DNA from: an uncultured Prevotellaceae bacterium | Lineage (GTDB): Bacteria > Bacteroidota > Bacteroidia > Bacteroidales > Bacteroidaceae | NCBI GenBank assembly: GCA_902776475.1 | Contig: CACYQD010000014.1 | Location: forward strand, 68,146-132,145 | DNA: 64,000 bases | Direction: 5' to 3' | Shown: one piece after another, positions 9,276 through 18,517 of the stretch | Numbering within the stretch: position 1 is the first letter of the stretch | Layout of the letters: every line of letters begins with the position of its first letter | Notes under the pieces: model-generated | The model's database searches: none | What the model was told of the DNA's origin: nothing | Seen by the model: the letters and a program-made list of their open reading frames with translations, nothing else | Translations under genes and position numbers: made by a program

Positions 9276-10313
9276 ATGAGCAGACTGATCAAGCCAAAAG
9301 ACTACAAGGCGCTTCTTGATATGCGCCAGACCGAACAGGGCATTAAATTGATTAAGGACTTCTTTCAGCAGAATTTGAGTACGGAACTGAGGCTCCATAG
9401 GGTCACCGCTCCGCTTTTCGTGTTGCAGGGATTGGGTATCAACGACGACCTCAATGGTGTGGAGCGTCCCGTTACCTTCCCCATCAAGGATCTGGGCGAC
9501 GCGCATGCAGAGGTGGTTCACTCACTGGCCAAATGGAAGCGGCTGACGCTGGCTGAATATCAGATAGAACCAGGGTATGGGGTCTATACCGACATGAACG
9601 CCATCCGTGCCGACGAGGAACTTGACAATATCCATTCACTTTATGTCGATCAGTGGGACTGGGAAGCGGTGATCACACCGGAAGACCGCACCATCGCCTA
9701 TCTCAAGGATGTGGTGAAGCGCATCTATTGTGCCATCAGGCGCACGGAGTATCTGGTCTGCGAGTCGTATCGGCAGATCAAGCCTTTCCTGCCCAAGGAG
9801 ATCTTCTTCATCCATAGTGAGGAACTCCTGCAGATGTATCCAGACCTGACGCCGAAAGAGCGTGAGGACAAGATCTGCCAGGAGCACGGCGCGGTGTTCA
9901 TCATGGGCATCGGCGGCAACCTGTCGAATGGCGAGCCCCATGACGGGCGTGCTCCCGACTACGACGACTGGTCTTCGGAGGGAGAGAAAGGCCTGAAAGG
10001 TCTCAATGGTGACATCCTGGTGTGGTATCCCGTGCTGGAGCGGTCGCTGGAATTGTCGTCCATGGGCATCCGTGTGGATCAGGAAGCTCTCCTCAGACAG
10101 TTGCAGCTGACAGGAAAAGAGGAGCGCACCGCGCTCTATTTCCACCAGCAACTGCTGAAGGGTGCGCTGCCGCTGAGTATCGGTGGCGGTATCGGACAAA
10201 GCCGCCTGTGCATGATGCTTCTCCAAAAAGCACATATCGGAGAGATCCAGGCCAGCATCTGGCCTGATGACATGCGGAGGGAATGTGAGCAGCTGGGTAT
10301 GCCGCTGATCTAA
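9276..10313 (+). CDS. asnA: Aspartate--ammonia ligase
   Basis: VVHSLAKWKR, HSLYVDQWDWE, GRAPDYDDW, LSIGGGIGQSRLCM motifs. Confidence 0.97.
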   Translation: MSRLIKPKDYKALLDMRQTEQGIKLIKDFFQQNLSTELRLHRVTAPLFVLQGLGINDDLNGVERPVTFPIKDLGDAHAEVVHSLAKWKRLTLAEYQIEPGYGVYTDMNAIRADEELDNIHSLYVDQWDWEAVITPEDRTIAYLKDVVKRIYCAIRRTEYLVCESYRQIKPFLPKEIFFIHSEELLQMYPDLTPKEREDKICQEHGAVFIMGIGGNLSNGEPHDGRAPDYDDWSSEGEKGLKGLNGDILVWYPVLERSLELSSMGIRVDQEALLRQLQLTGKEERTALYFHQQLLKGALPLSIGGGIGQSRLCMMLLQKAHIGEIQASIWPDDMRRECEQLGMPLI

Positions 10314-12217
10314 GCCAGTTCCAGATCGAGCAGTGAGCGCAACTTCTCGATGGCTTCGTTGTCTTGGCGCATTTTATCGAAAATCTCTTTTCTCGTGAGC
10401 ATCGGCTTCAACTCCTCGCCCTCTGCCAGGCGGATGTTGAAGTCGATGTTGCCGTTATGGAGATAGATGGCCATGGTCTTGCGGATACGCCCTTTGATCC
10501 GTATGATCTCATCCATCAACTGCCGGTTGTCCACCACCAGTTCGATATTGGGGAAATCGGTGATTTCAGGTGTGATGTTTTTCATCCTGGAGGCCAGTCC
10601 GGGCATGGAGGCGACCATGCGGTTGCACATGCCCATCCATTCCCGTTGGAGGTCGGCGGCGTCAAACGTGTTTTGCTCGTCTTTGTTGGTGACTTCTTGT
10701 TCCTCTGGTGATGTGGCAGTCTGCTGGCCGCCCATCAGATTGCGGAAGGACAAGGAGTTGTTGCCAAGTCTCGGCCGCTGACCTGATATCGGCCGGCGAT
10801 GGGGTGGGGCCACGGCAGGGGAAGTCGGATCTGCCGGGGTGGAACTGATGCCCGGAGATGTGGCTGGTGTGCCTGCCGGAGCGGTGCTGGCGGCAGACGG
10901 AGAGGGTGCTGTGCCTGCCGGAGTGATGCTGGCGGCAGACGGAGTGGTACTTGCTGTCTCAGGCTGGGGCGCAGCGGAAACGGTCGGGGCAGCCTGAGTG
11001 CGCCCCTGGGTGTTTCCTTCAGTCGCGGCCACCTGCGATGCCGCTTTCTGTTGACTGAGCGCTGCGAGTTTCTTGAACAGGGATTTCAAACTCTTACGGG
11101 GGCGGGCCCCCGCGCTGGCATCATCCTCCTGCGTGGCTTGTGCGATCTCGATCAGGGTCAGTTCGACAAGCAACCGCTTGTTGCTGCTCTGACGGTAGTT
11201 GATGTCGCATTCATTGCAGTAGCGCAGGGCCTGGTAGAGGAACTTGGCCGGGCATTTCTGCGCCTGTTCCTGGTATTTGCCGCGCTGCCGCTCGCTGACC
11301 TCCAGCAAGGGGAGGGTAGAGGGGTCTTTGGCCATTAGCACGTTGCGGATATGGCTGGCCAGTCCGTTGATGAGCTGTCCGCCGTCAAAGCCGTTGCTGA
11401 TGATGCGGTTGAGCAACAGCATCACGTCGGCCACCTTGTTCTCCAGACTGAGATCCACCAGATTGAAGTAGTTGTCGCTCTCCAGCACGTTGAGGTTGCT
11501 CACCACCTTCTCATAACTGAGGTTTCCGCCGCAGAAACTCACGCTCTGGTCGAAGATTGACAAGGCGTCGCGCATGCCGCCGTCGGCCTTCTCGGCAATC
11601 AGGTTGAGGGCTTCCTCTTCGTAGGAGATGCCCTCGCGCTCGGCCACCATCTTCAGATGGCCCACGATGTGGGGCACGTCCATGCGCTCGAAGTCATAGA
11701 TCTGGCAGCGGGAGATGATGGTGGGCAGGATCTTGTGCTTCTCCGTGGTGGCAAGGATGAAGATGACGTATGAGGGCGGTTCCTCCAGCGTCTTGAGGAA
11801 GGCGTTGAAGGCAGCTGCCGAGAGCATGTGCACCTCGTCGATGATGAATACCTTGTATCGGCCCAGTTGCGGCGGTATGCGGGTCTGTTCCATCAGGGTC
11901 TTGATGTTGTCCACAGAGTTGTTGCTCGCCGCGTCGAGCTCGAAGATGTTAAGTGAGCGCTGTTCGTTGAACGCCTTGCAACTTTCGCATTCGTTGCAGG
12001 CTTCTCCGTCGGCAGTCACGTTTTCGCAGTTGATGGTTTTGGCAAAGATACGGGCGCAGGTGGTCTTGCCTACGCCACGGGGACCGCAGAAAAGGAATGC
12101 GTGGGCGAGTTTACCGCTCTTCACCGCATTCTTCAGCGTGGTCGTCAGTGCCGATTGCCCCACGACGGAAGAGAACGTCATGGGACGGTATTTGCGTGCT
12201 GAAACGATGTATTCCAT
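10310..12217 (-). CDS. dnaX: DNA polymerase III subunit gamma/tau
   Basis: ARKYRP, GPRGVGKTT, CNECESC, IIDEVHMLS, LKTLEEPP, ISRCQ; Pro/Ala-rich linker. Confidence 0.97.
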   Translation of the reverse strand: MEYIVSARKYRPMTFSSVVGQSALTTTLKNAVKSGKLAHAFLFCGPRGVGKTTCARIFAKTINCENVTADGEACNECESCKAFNEQRSLNIFELDAASNNSVDNIKTLMEQTRIPPQLGRYKVFIIDEVHMLSAAAFNAFLKTLEEPPSYVIFILATTEKHKILPTIISRCQIYDFERMDVPHIVGHLKMVAEREGISYEEEALNLIAEKADGGMRDALSIFDQSVSFCGGNLSYEKVVSNLNVLESDNYFNLVDLSLENKVADVMLLLNRIISNGFDGGQLINGLASHIRNVLMAKDPSTLPLLEVSERQRGKYQEQAQKCPAKFLYQALRYCNECDINYRQSSNKRLLVELTLIEIAQATQEDDASAGARPRKSLKSLFKKLAALSQQKAASQVAATEGNTQGRTQAAPTVSAAPQPETASTTPSAASITPAGTAPSPSAASTAPAGTPATSPGISSTPADPTSPAVAPPHRRPISGQRPRLGNNSLSFRNLMGGQQTATSPEEQEVTNKDEQNTFDAADLQREWMGMCNRMVASMPGLASRMKNITPEITDFPNIELVVDNRQLMDEIIRIKGRIRKTMAIYLHNGNIDFNIRLAEGEELKPMLTRKEIFDKMRQDNEAIEKLRSLLDLELA

Positions 12218-12239
12218 TCCTTAGTGTTAGTTGTTCCTT

Positions 12240-12329
12240 GCAAAATTACGGAAAATCGAGTGGAGAATAAAAAGAATTCATTCATTTTTTTCCCGAGATG
12301 GAGTAATTTTAGCAAAATTACGGAAAATC
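12240..12329 (-). repeat. Promoter-carrying dispersed repeat upstream of dnaX (two TAATTTTG boxes)
   Basis: gcaaaattacggaaaatc at 12240 and 12312 flanking GAGTGGAGAATAAAAAGAATTCATTC...CCCGAG; related to 42750-42850 and 49490-49655. Confidence 0.7.
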
Positions 12330-12353
12330 ATTTTTTATTTCACTTGGTTTTCG

Positions 12354-12361
12354 TATCTTTG
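12354..12361 (+). promoter_or_regulatory. -7 box TATCTTTG for the LysM-PorT genes
   Basis: Exact match 20 nt upstream of ATG 12382. Confidence 0.65.
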
Positions 12362-12381
12362 CCACAAATATTGATGAGGAA

Positions 12382-13884
12382 ATGAAACAGATCAAATACA
12401 TCATGACCGCCCTGCTCATCGTGATGACGATGACCGCAGCCGCACAAGGTACCAATGTCCGCACCAGGCATAAGGTGGAGAAAAGCGAGACGGTGTTTGG
12501 AATAGCCAAAAAATATGGCATCACCATCGAGGAACTCATAAATGCCAACCCCGATATGAAGAAGCAGGGGTATGAACTCAAGTATGGTGACACCATCAAC
12601 ATCCCCTACGCCAAGGACCAGTCGCAGCAAGCCAATACCAATACCAATGCGCCCAAGGCCAATACCAATGCGCCCAGCACCAATGCCAATGCGCCCAAGA
12701 CCAATGCCAATACGCCCAGCACCAGTGCCAATGCACCCAAGGCCAATACCAATACGCCCAAGACCAATACAGACGCGCCCAAGACCAGTGTGGTGAACAC
12801 TGCCAAGCCTGTCACCACCGTGGTGGGGAAAAAGGAGGTCAAGGTGGGCGTGATGCTCCCCCTGCACGACAATGACGGCGACGGACGCCGCATGGTGGAA
12901 TATTACCGTGGACTCCTCCTCGGTGTCGATCGGGTGAAGAAGGACGGCGTCACCGTCGATATGCACGCCTGGAACGTGCCCATCGATGCGGATATCAACA
13001 AGACCCTGAGTGAGAAAGAGGCTGCTGAATGCGACATCATCTTCGGCCCGCTCTATACCAATATGGTGAAACCGCTGGCAGACTTCTGTGCCAAGCACGA
13101 CATCATGATGGTCATACCGTTCTCCATCTCGGGCAATGATGTGGAGAACTACTCCAATATCTTCCAGGTCTATCAGGCACAGCCCGAATTTGACAAGCAG
13201 ACCATCAAGAACTTCATCCAGTGGTTTAACAACTATCATGTTGTGATCATCGACTGTGAGGACGAGAAGAGTGGGAAGGCCGAATTCACCAAAAACCTGA
13301 GGGCCGAACTCGACAATTACGCCCTCAAATACTCTCTCACCAGCCTTAAGACCAATGAGAAGAGCTTCGCCAAGGCCTTCAGTCTCTCGCAGCAGAATGT
13401 GGTGATACTCAATACCGAGCACTCGCCGTCGCTCAACAGCACCTTGGCCAAACTCAACACGCTGACCCAGAACAACAATGATATCAGCGTGTCGCTCTTC
13501 GGCTACAAGGAGTGGTTGATGTATACCAAGGTGTATCTCGACTACTATTTCAAATACGACACCTATATCCCTACCTATTTCTATTATAATGACCTCTCCG
13601 CCGACACCAAATGGGTGGAGCGCAACTACAAGAAATGGTTTGAGAAGGATATGAACGCCGATGCCCTGCCGAGATTCGCTCTCACAGGATTCGACCACGC
13701 TTGTTTCTTCATCGGAGGATTCAGCCAATTCGGAGCGGGATTCAACGGAGGAAAGGGCCAGATGACCTACAAGCCGGTACAGTCGCCCCTGAAGTTCAAG
13801 TCGGCAGGAAAAGGGCACAAGAACACCAACTTCATGTTCGTGCATTACAAGAACGACCGCACCATCGAGTCGGTGAATTATTGA
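12382..13884 (+). CDS. LysM peptidoglycan-binding protein with C-terminal periplasmic-binding-protein-like domain
   Basis: Signal peptide; HKVEKSETVFGIAKKYGITIEELINANP...LKYGDTINIP; KVGVMLP...EYYRGLLLG; IIFGPLY. Confidence 0.85.
   Translation: MKQIKYIMTALLIVMTMTAAAQGTNVRTRHKVEKSETVFGIAKKYGITIEELINANPDMKKQGYELKYGDTINIPYAKDQSQQANTNTNAPKANTNAPSTNANAPKTNANTPSTSANAPKANTNTPKTNTDAPKTSVVNTAKPVTTVVGKKEVKVGVMLPLHDNDGDGRRMVEYYRGLLLGVDRVKKDGVTVDMHAWNVPIDADINKTLSEKEAAECDIIFGPLYTNMVKPLADFCAKHDIMMVIPFSISGNDVENYSNIFQVYQAQPEFDKQTIKNFIQWFNNYHVVIIDCEDEKSGKAEFTKNLRAELDNYALKYSLTSLKTNEKSFAKAFSLSQQNVVILNTEHSPSLNSTLAKLNTLTQNNNDISVSLFGYKEWLMYTKVYLDYYFKYDTYIPTYFYYNDLSADTKWVERNYKKWFEKDMNADALPRFALTGFDHACFFIGGFSQFGAGFNGGKGQMTYKPVQSPLKFKSAGKGHKNTNFMFVHYKNDRTIESVNY
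12640..12786 (+). repeat. Coding tandem repeat, 7 x 21 bp (NTNAPKA-like linker)
   Basis: aataccaatgcgcccaaggcc-type units in frame in the LysM gene. Confidence 0.9.
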
Positions 13885-13888
13885 TAGG

Positions 13889-14656
13889 ATGAGAAAGGTA
13901 ACCGTGAAGCATACCTGGGGATTGTGGGTCGCGATCGCATCCATGTGGCTGTTGCCCGTGAGGACGGCAGCGCAGATCGGAGAGCATCGCGATGACCTCT
14001 CCGTGGGTGCCAATGCGGGCTACCAGCTCTCTTCTGTGGGCTTCAACCCGAGAGTGCCGCAGGGACAGCACGGCGGACTCACCGGTGGTCTGTCGGTGAG
14101 GTATGTCTGCGAGAAATATTACAGCACGATCTGTTCGGTCTATGCGGAACTCAATGTGACCCAGATGGGATGGAAGGAGGACATCCTCGATGCACACGAC
14201 CAGATGGTGATCAATCCCGCCACCTCGAAAGCCGAGGAATACAGCCGCACGATCAACTACGTGCAAGTGCCGATCTTCGCCCATCTCGCATGGGGCAGGG
14301 AGACGAAAGGATTCAACTTCTTCTTCCAGGCCGGACCGCAGTTTGGCTTCTGCTTCGGTGAATCGACCTCCTGCAATTTTGATGTCAACCAGCCCAACAT
14401 GACCGACCGCTCCAACAAGACCATCAAGCAGTATTCGATGGATGTGGAGAAGAAATTCGACTATGGCATCGCCGGCGGACTGGGACTGGAATACACCATT
14501 CCCCAACTGGGGCATTTCCTGCTTGAAGGGCGCTATTACTACGGACTGGGAAATATCTACGGAGCGTCGAAACGTGACTATTTCGGCGTGTCCAACTTCA
14601 AGGGGATATCCGTCAAACTCACTTATCTCTTCGACCTGAAGAGGACAGAGAAATAG
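13889..14656 (+). CDS. PorT-family outer-membrane beta-barrel protein
   Basis: Signal peptide; YVQVPIFAHL, GPQFGF, FDYGIAGGLG, LEGRYYYGLGNI; C-terminal TYLF. Confidence 0.8.
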   Translation: MRKVTVKHTWGLWVAIASMWLLPVRTAAQIGEHRDDLSVGANAGYQLSSVGFNPRVPQGQHGGLTGGLSVRYVCEKYYSTICSVYAELNVTQMGWKEDILDAHDQMVINPATSKAEEYSRTINYVQVPIFAHLAWGRETKGFNFFFQAGPQFGFCFGESTSCNFDVNQPNMTDRSNKTIKQYSMDVEKKFDYGIAGGLGLEYTIPQLGHFLLEGRYYYGLGNIYGASKRDYFGVSNFKGISVKLTYLFDLKRTEK

Positions 14657-14710
14657 GCCGGCGACGGCAAGGACAACAATTGGAAACAGTTAAACTTAAA
14701 ACGATAAACT

Positions 14711-16264
14711 ATGTTCAAAAATCATCCTAAAGGATTGCTGCTTGCTGCATTAAGCAATATGGGAGAGCGGTTCGGATACTATATCATGAACGCCGTGCTC
14801 GCGCTCTTCCTGTGTTCGAAATTCGGCCTCTCCGATGGCCAGAGTGGTTTCATCGCCGCCATGTTCCTCACCGCCATCTATGTGCTCAGCCTCGTGGGTG
14901 GCATCATCGCCGACCGTACCCAGAACTACAAAGGCACGATCGCATGGGGCCTCGTGGTGATGGCATTGGGTTATATCCTCCTGGCTATTCCCATCCTGGC
15001 CACACCCGGCAACATCTCCTGGCTCCTGCCATTCACCATCTTCGCTCTTGCACTCATCGCTTGTGGAAACGGTCTGTTCAAAGGCAACCTGCAGGCCATC
15101 GTCGGTCAGATGTATGACAACTTCGAAGCCAGTGCCGCCAAACAGGGACCTGAGAAACTGAAGTGGGCTCAGGGACAGCGTGATGCCGGTTTCCAGATTT
15201 TCTACGTCTTCATCAATATCGGTGCCTTGGCAGCACCGTTCATCGCTCCATTGTTGCGGAGCTGGTGGCTGAAGGTGCATGGACTGGCTTATAATGCCGA
15301 CCTTCCCAAACTTTGCCATGAGTACATCGCTGGCAATATGGACACCAATAACATGCAGAACTTGACGGAATTGGTCCAGAAAGTGGGGGGCGACACCTCT
15401 GATTTGGCTGGCTTCTGCACGCACTATCTCGATATCTTCAATACGGGTATCCACTACTCGTTCATCGCTTCCGTGGTCACCATGTTGATCTCATTGGCCA
15501 TCTTCTTGCTGTCGAAGCATCTCTTCCCGACTCCGGGAAAGAAAGAGGCTGTTTCATCGGAGGGATACACCGAGGACGAGAAAAGGGCCATGGCCAAGGA
15601 AATCAAGCAGCGTATGTATGCGCTCTTCGCCGTGCTGGGCATCGCCGTCTTCTTCTGGTTCTCATTCCACCAGAACGGACAGTCGCTGTCGTTCTTCGCC
15701 CGCGACTTCGTGCAGACTGATTCCATCGCACCAGAGATTTGGCAGGCTGTCAACCCGTTCTTCGTCATTGTCCTCACTCCGGTCATCATGTGGTTCTTCG
15801 CCACGCTCACAGCTCGTGGAAAGGCCATCTCCACACCGCGTAAGATCGCATACGGTATGGGTATCGCCGGATTGGCTTACCTCTTCCTCGCTCTCTACTC
15901 GGCTTCACAGAGCTATCCTTCGGCTGAGACATTCACAGCCCTGTCCGACTCGGCAAAGGCTGGTCTGAAAGCCGGTCCTTGGGTGCTCATCGTCACCTAT
16001 TTCTTCCTGACTGTGGCCGAATTGTTCATCTCACCGCTGGGACTTTCGTTCGTGTCGAAGGTGGCACCCAAGAACTTGCAGGGTCTCTGCCAGGGATTGT
16101 GGCTGGGAGCTACAGCCGTGGGCAACGGCCTGCTGTGGATTGGTCCGCTGATGTATAACAAGTGGCCGATCTGGGTGTGCTGGGTCGTGTTCCTCATCAT
16201 CTGCCTCATCTCCATGGGTGTGATGTTCGGCATGGTGAAGTGGTTGGAAAGAGTAACCAAGTAA
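14711..16264 (+). CDS. Proton-dependent oligopeptide transporter (POT/PTR family MFS)
   Basis: NMGERFGYY (ExxERFxYY-like), GNGLFKGN, FYVFINIGAL, ELFISPLGLS motifs. Confidence 0.92.
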   Translation: MFKNHPKGLLLAALSNMGERFGYYIMNAVLALFLCSKFGLSDGQSGFIAAMFLTAIYVLSLVGGIIADRTQNYKGTIAWGLVVMALGYILLAIPILATPGNISWLLPFTIFALALIACGNGLFKGNLQAIVGQMYDNFEASAAKQGPEKLKWAQGQRDAGFQIFYVFINIGALAAPFIAPLLRSWWLKVHGLAYNADLPKLCHEYIAGNMDTNNMQNLTELVQKVGGDTSDLAGFCTHYLDIFNTGIHYSFIASVVTMLISLAIFLLSKHLFPTPGKKEAVSSEGYTEDEKRAMAKEIKQRMYALFAVLGIAVFFWFSFHQNGQSLSFFARDFVQTDSIAPEIWQAVNPFFVIVLTPVIMWFFATLTARGKAISTPRKIAYGMGIAGLAYLFLALYSASQSYPSAETFTALSDSAKAGLKAGPWVLIVTYFFLTVAELFISPLGLSFVSKVAPKNLQGLCQGLWLGATAVGNGLLWIGPLMYNKWPIWVCWVVFLIICLISMGVMFGMVKWLERVTK

Positions 16265-16287
16265 AAAGTTCGGAGATTCAAAACCAA

Positions 16288-16386
16288 CCTCTCCCTTTGG
16301 GAGATCCAAAAGCAACCATCCCCTCTCCCTTTGGGAGAGGACGGGTGAGGGAAAAAAATAGAGACGTCACATTGTGGCGTCTCTAC
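16288..16386. repeat. Composite REP element: two CCTCTCCCTTTGGGAGA hairpins + GGnnnGGTGAGGG + GTAG-REP
   Basis: Read directly between the convergent POT and queC genes; same architecture at 62174-62444. Confidence 0.85.
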
Positions 16387-16409
16387 TGCGTTTCAGTGTA
16401 TTTCTGTTT

Positions 16410-17063
16410 TTATGAAATATAATCCGTGGGGTCTTCTATTCCGGCCTCTCGAAGTGCTTCCTTGCGCTCTAGACAGGTGCCGCAGCGGCCGCAGTGGCGC
16501 TCTCCTCCCTTGTAGCAGGAGTAGGTCTCGGCATAGTTGATGCCCAGACGTTTCCCGATCTTGGCGATGTCGGTCTTCGTGATGCCCGTGTAGGGTGCCA
16601 GGACCTCCACTCCGATGTAGGTGCCGGCACGCATGGCTTCCGACATGGGTTTGACAAACTCCGCCGTACAGTCGGGGTAGATGGAATGGTCACCGAAATG
16701 GTTGGCCATCATCACCTTGGTCAGGCCGCGGCTCTCTGCTATGCCGCAGGCTATGGAGAGCATGATGCCGTTGCGGAAAGGCACAACGGTCGATTTCATG
16801 TTGTCATCGGCATAGTCACCTTCAGGGATGGCATCAGCCCCCTCCAACAGCGATGACTTGAAATACTGGCTCATGAAGGAAAGGGGTATCACGAGATGTT
16901 CGATGCCCAACCGTTGGCAGTGAAGGGCGGCGAAGTGAGCTTCCCGCTTGTTGTGGTTGCTGCCGTAGTCAAAGGTGACGGCAAGGGCGATCCTGTCTTT
17001 ATGGTCATGCAACAGGGTGACGGAATCCATTCCGCCTGATAGGATGATGACAGCGTCTTTCAT
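16410..17063 (-). CDS. queC: 7-cyano-7-deazaguanine synthase
   Basis: LSGGMDS, FDYGSNH, VPFRNGIML, YPDC, TYSCY, HCGRCGTCLER. Confidence 0.96.
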   Translation of the reverse strand: MKDAVIILSGGMDSVTLLHDHKDRIALAVTFDYGSNHNKREAHFAALHCQRLGIEHLVIPLSFMSQYFKSSLLEGADAIPEGDYADDNMKSTVVPFRNGIMLSIACGIAESRGLTKVMMANHFGDHSIYPDCTAEFVKPMSEAMRAGTYIGVEVLAPYTGITKTDIAKIGKRLGINYAETYSCYKGGERHCGRCGTCLERKEALREAGIEDPTDYIS

Positions 17064-18457
17064 TGTTTTGTTTTTGTGGATTTGATATTGGCCTCATGCA
17101 GACCATAGCCTTTCTTGCGGTCGATGACCATCAGCAGCAGGGCGAAGAGGATGGCTCCAGCGCCGAGAGCGGTGAAGACCAGCATCGGGATGGTGTAATC
17201 GACATGGCCGTCGGAAGAGGTGTATTCACCGATGATGTTGCCTACGAACATCGGCACCAGCATCAGGCCGATGTTCTGAACGAAATAGATGATGCTGTAG
17301 GCCGTGCCCAACTGTTTGAGCGGTACGATCTTGGGTACACTGGGCCACATCGCGCTGGGTACCAGGGAGAACGAGACTCCGTAGAGGATCATCGTCAGTG
17401 AGGCAAACCAGGTGTGGTTGAGGATCGGGAGGGCCAGGAAAAGATGGCAGAGGGTGACCAGCACACAACCGATGAGCATCAGCGTCGAACCGCGCCCCAT
17501 ACGGTCGTAAATGATTCCGAAAAGGGGTGTGAGGACAATGGTGCCGTAGGGCAGGATGGAGGTGATCCAGCCGGCTGTCACAGGAGCAATGCCATATTTG
17601 TTGATGAGCAGGTCTGTGGCAAACTTCAGGAAGGGGCGCAGACTGGAGTAGAACATCACGCACAGGATGGCGATGAGCCAAAAACCAGGGTTGCGGAGCA
17701 CCTTGACGAAATCGCGGAACGAGAACTCCTCGTTCTCCGTGGCTGAAGAGGCCGTGTCCTTCACGGCCATCTTGTCGAAGCGCTTGTCCATGAAGATATA
17801 GACGATGAACATCACAAAACCCATCAGCAAAAGGGCTGCACCTACAAGAATCGGGGCCGACAGTCCGTAAGCGTTGGCGATGACCGGACTCATGCTGATG
17901 GCCGATGCGGTGCCCAGACGGGCCATGGCCACCTGAATGCCCATGGCAGAGGCCAGTTCGTGGCCTGTAAACCACTTGGTGACAACCTTGGACACGGTGA
18001 TGCCTGTGATGTCGCATCCCACGCCAAACAAGCCAAAACCGAGGGATGCCACCAGCACCTGTGTCTTGATGTGACTGGGGATGAGACCGAAGAGGGTGAA
18101 GGGAAGGTCAACGTAGGAGAAGGGCCAGATGACGGTCACTGCCAGGTAGTTGATCGCCGCTCCGCTGAGCATCATGCCGGTGGCAAGGATGCCTGTGAAG
18201 CGGATGCCGCATTTGTCGAGGATGATGCCGCCCCAGAAGAGCATCAACAGGAAGATGTTGAAGATGCTGTAGCTGCCGGCATAGAAGCCATATTCAGCGG
18301 CGGTCCATCCCATGCCACCGGATTTTACCGAGGCCTTGAGGGTGGTGGAAAGTGGCGAAACGATGTCCCAGAACACATACCCCATCATCATGACAAAGGC
18401 CACGATGAAGAGCACGGTCCAGCGGCGTGTGCGTGAGTTGTTGGAGACGGTTTGCAT
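17060..18457 (-). CDS. MFS transporter, MFSD1-like paralogue 2 (start probably MQTVSN at 18457)
   Basis: About 12 hydrophobic helices; GYVFWD, GGIILDKCGIR, FGVGCD..KWFTGHEL..MARLG, MWPSV, VQNIG; stop overlaps the queC start (ATGA). Confidence 0.88.
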   Translation of the reverse strand: MQTVSNNSRTRRWTVLFIVAFVMMMGYVFWDIVSPLSTTLKASVKSGGMGWTAAEYGFYAGSYSIFNIFLLMLFWGGIILDKCGIRFTGILATGMMLSGAAINYLAVTVIWPFSYVDLPFTLFGLIPSHIKTQVLVASLGFGLFGVGCDITGITVSKVVTKWFTGHELASAMGIQVAMARLGTASAISMSPVIANAYGLSAPILVGAALLLMGFVMFIVYIFMDKRFDKMAVKDTASSATENEEFSFRDFVKVLRNPGFWLIAILCVMFYSSLRPFLKFATDLLINKYGIAPVTAGWITSILPYGTIVLTPLFGIIYDRMGRGSTLMLIGCVLVTLCHLFLALPILNHTWFASLTMILYGVSFSLVPSAMWPSVPKIVPLKQLGTAYSIIYFVQNIGLMLVPMFVGNIIGEYTSSDGHVDYTIPMLVFTALGAGAILFALLLMVIDRKKGYGLHEANIKSTKTKQ

Positions 18458-18467
18458 CAATAAAAAT

Positions 18468-18501
18468 TGGGTGCGTCCCTCCATAGGCGGTGACGCACCC
18501 A
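18468..18501. repeat. Intercistronic hairpin tgggtgcgtc...gacgcaccca
   Basis: 10-bp perfect inverted repeat between the two MFS genes. Confidence 0.6.
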
Positions 18502-18517
18502 TTGTATTTGAGGTGGG

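Noticed and set aside
11000-11200. Programmed -1 frameshift in dnaX producing a gamma subunit
   Set aside because: No A-AAA-AAG or comparable slippery run with a stimulatory hairpin was seen after domain III
12340-14013. 557-aa antisense ORF, and similar long shadows (7858-8931, 22999-24642, 31679-33049, 48046-49437, 51694-53355, 56459-58144)
   Set aside because: They mirror well-supported genes on the other strand, as expected from high GC3 codon bias, and show no recognisable motifs or start signals
16410-17063. queC as part of a 7-deazaguanine DNA-modification or QatC-type defence island
   Set aside because: Ordinary 217-aa QueC with no dpd or qat genes nearby; context is housekeeping
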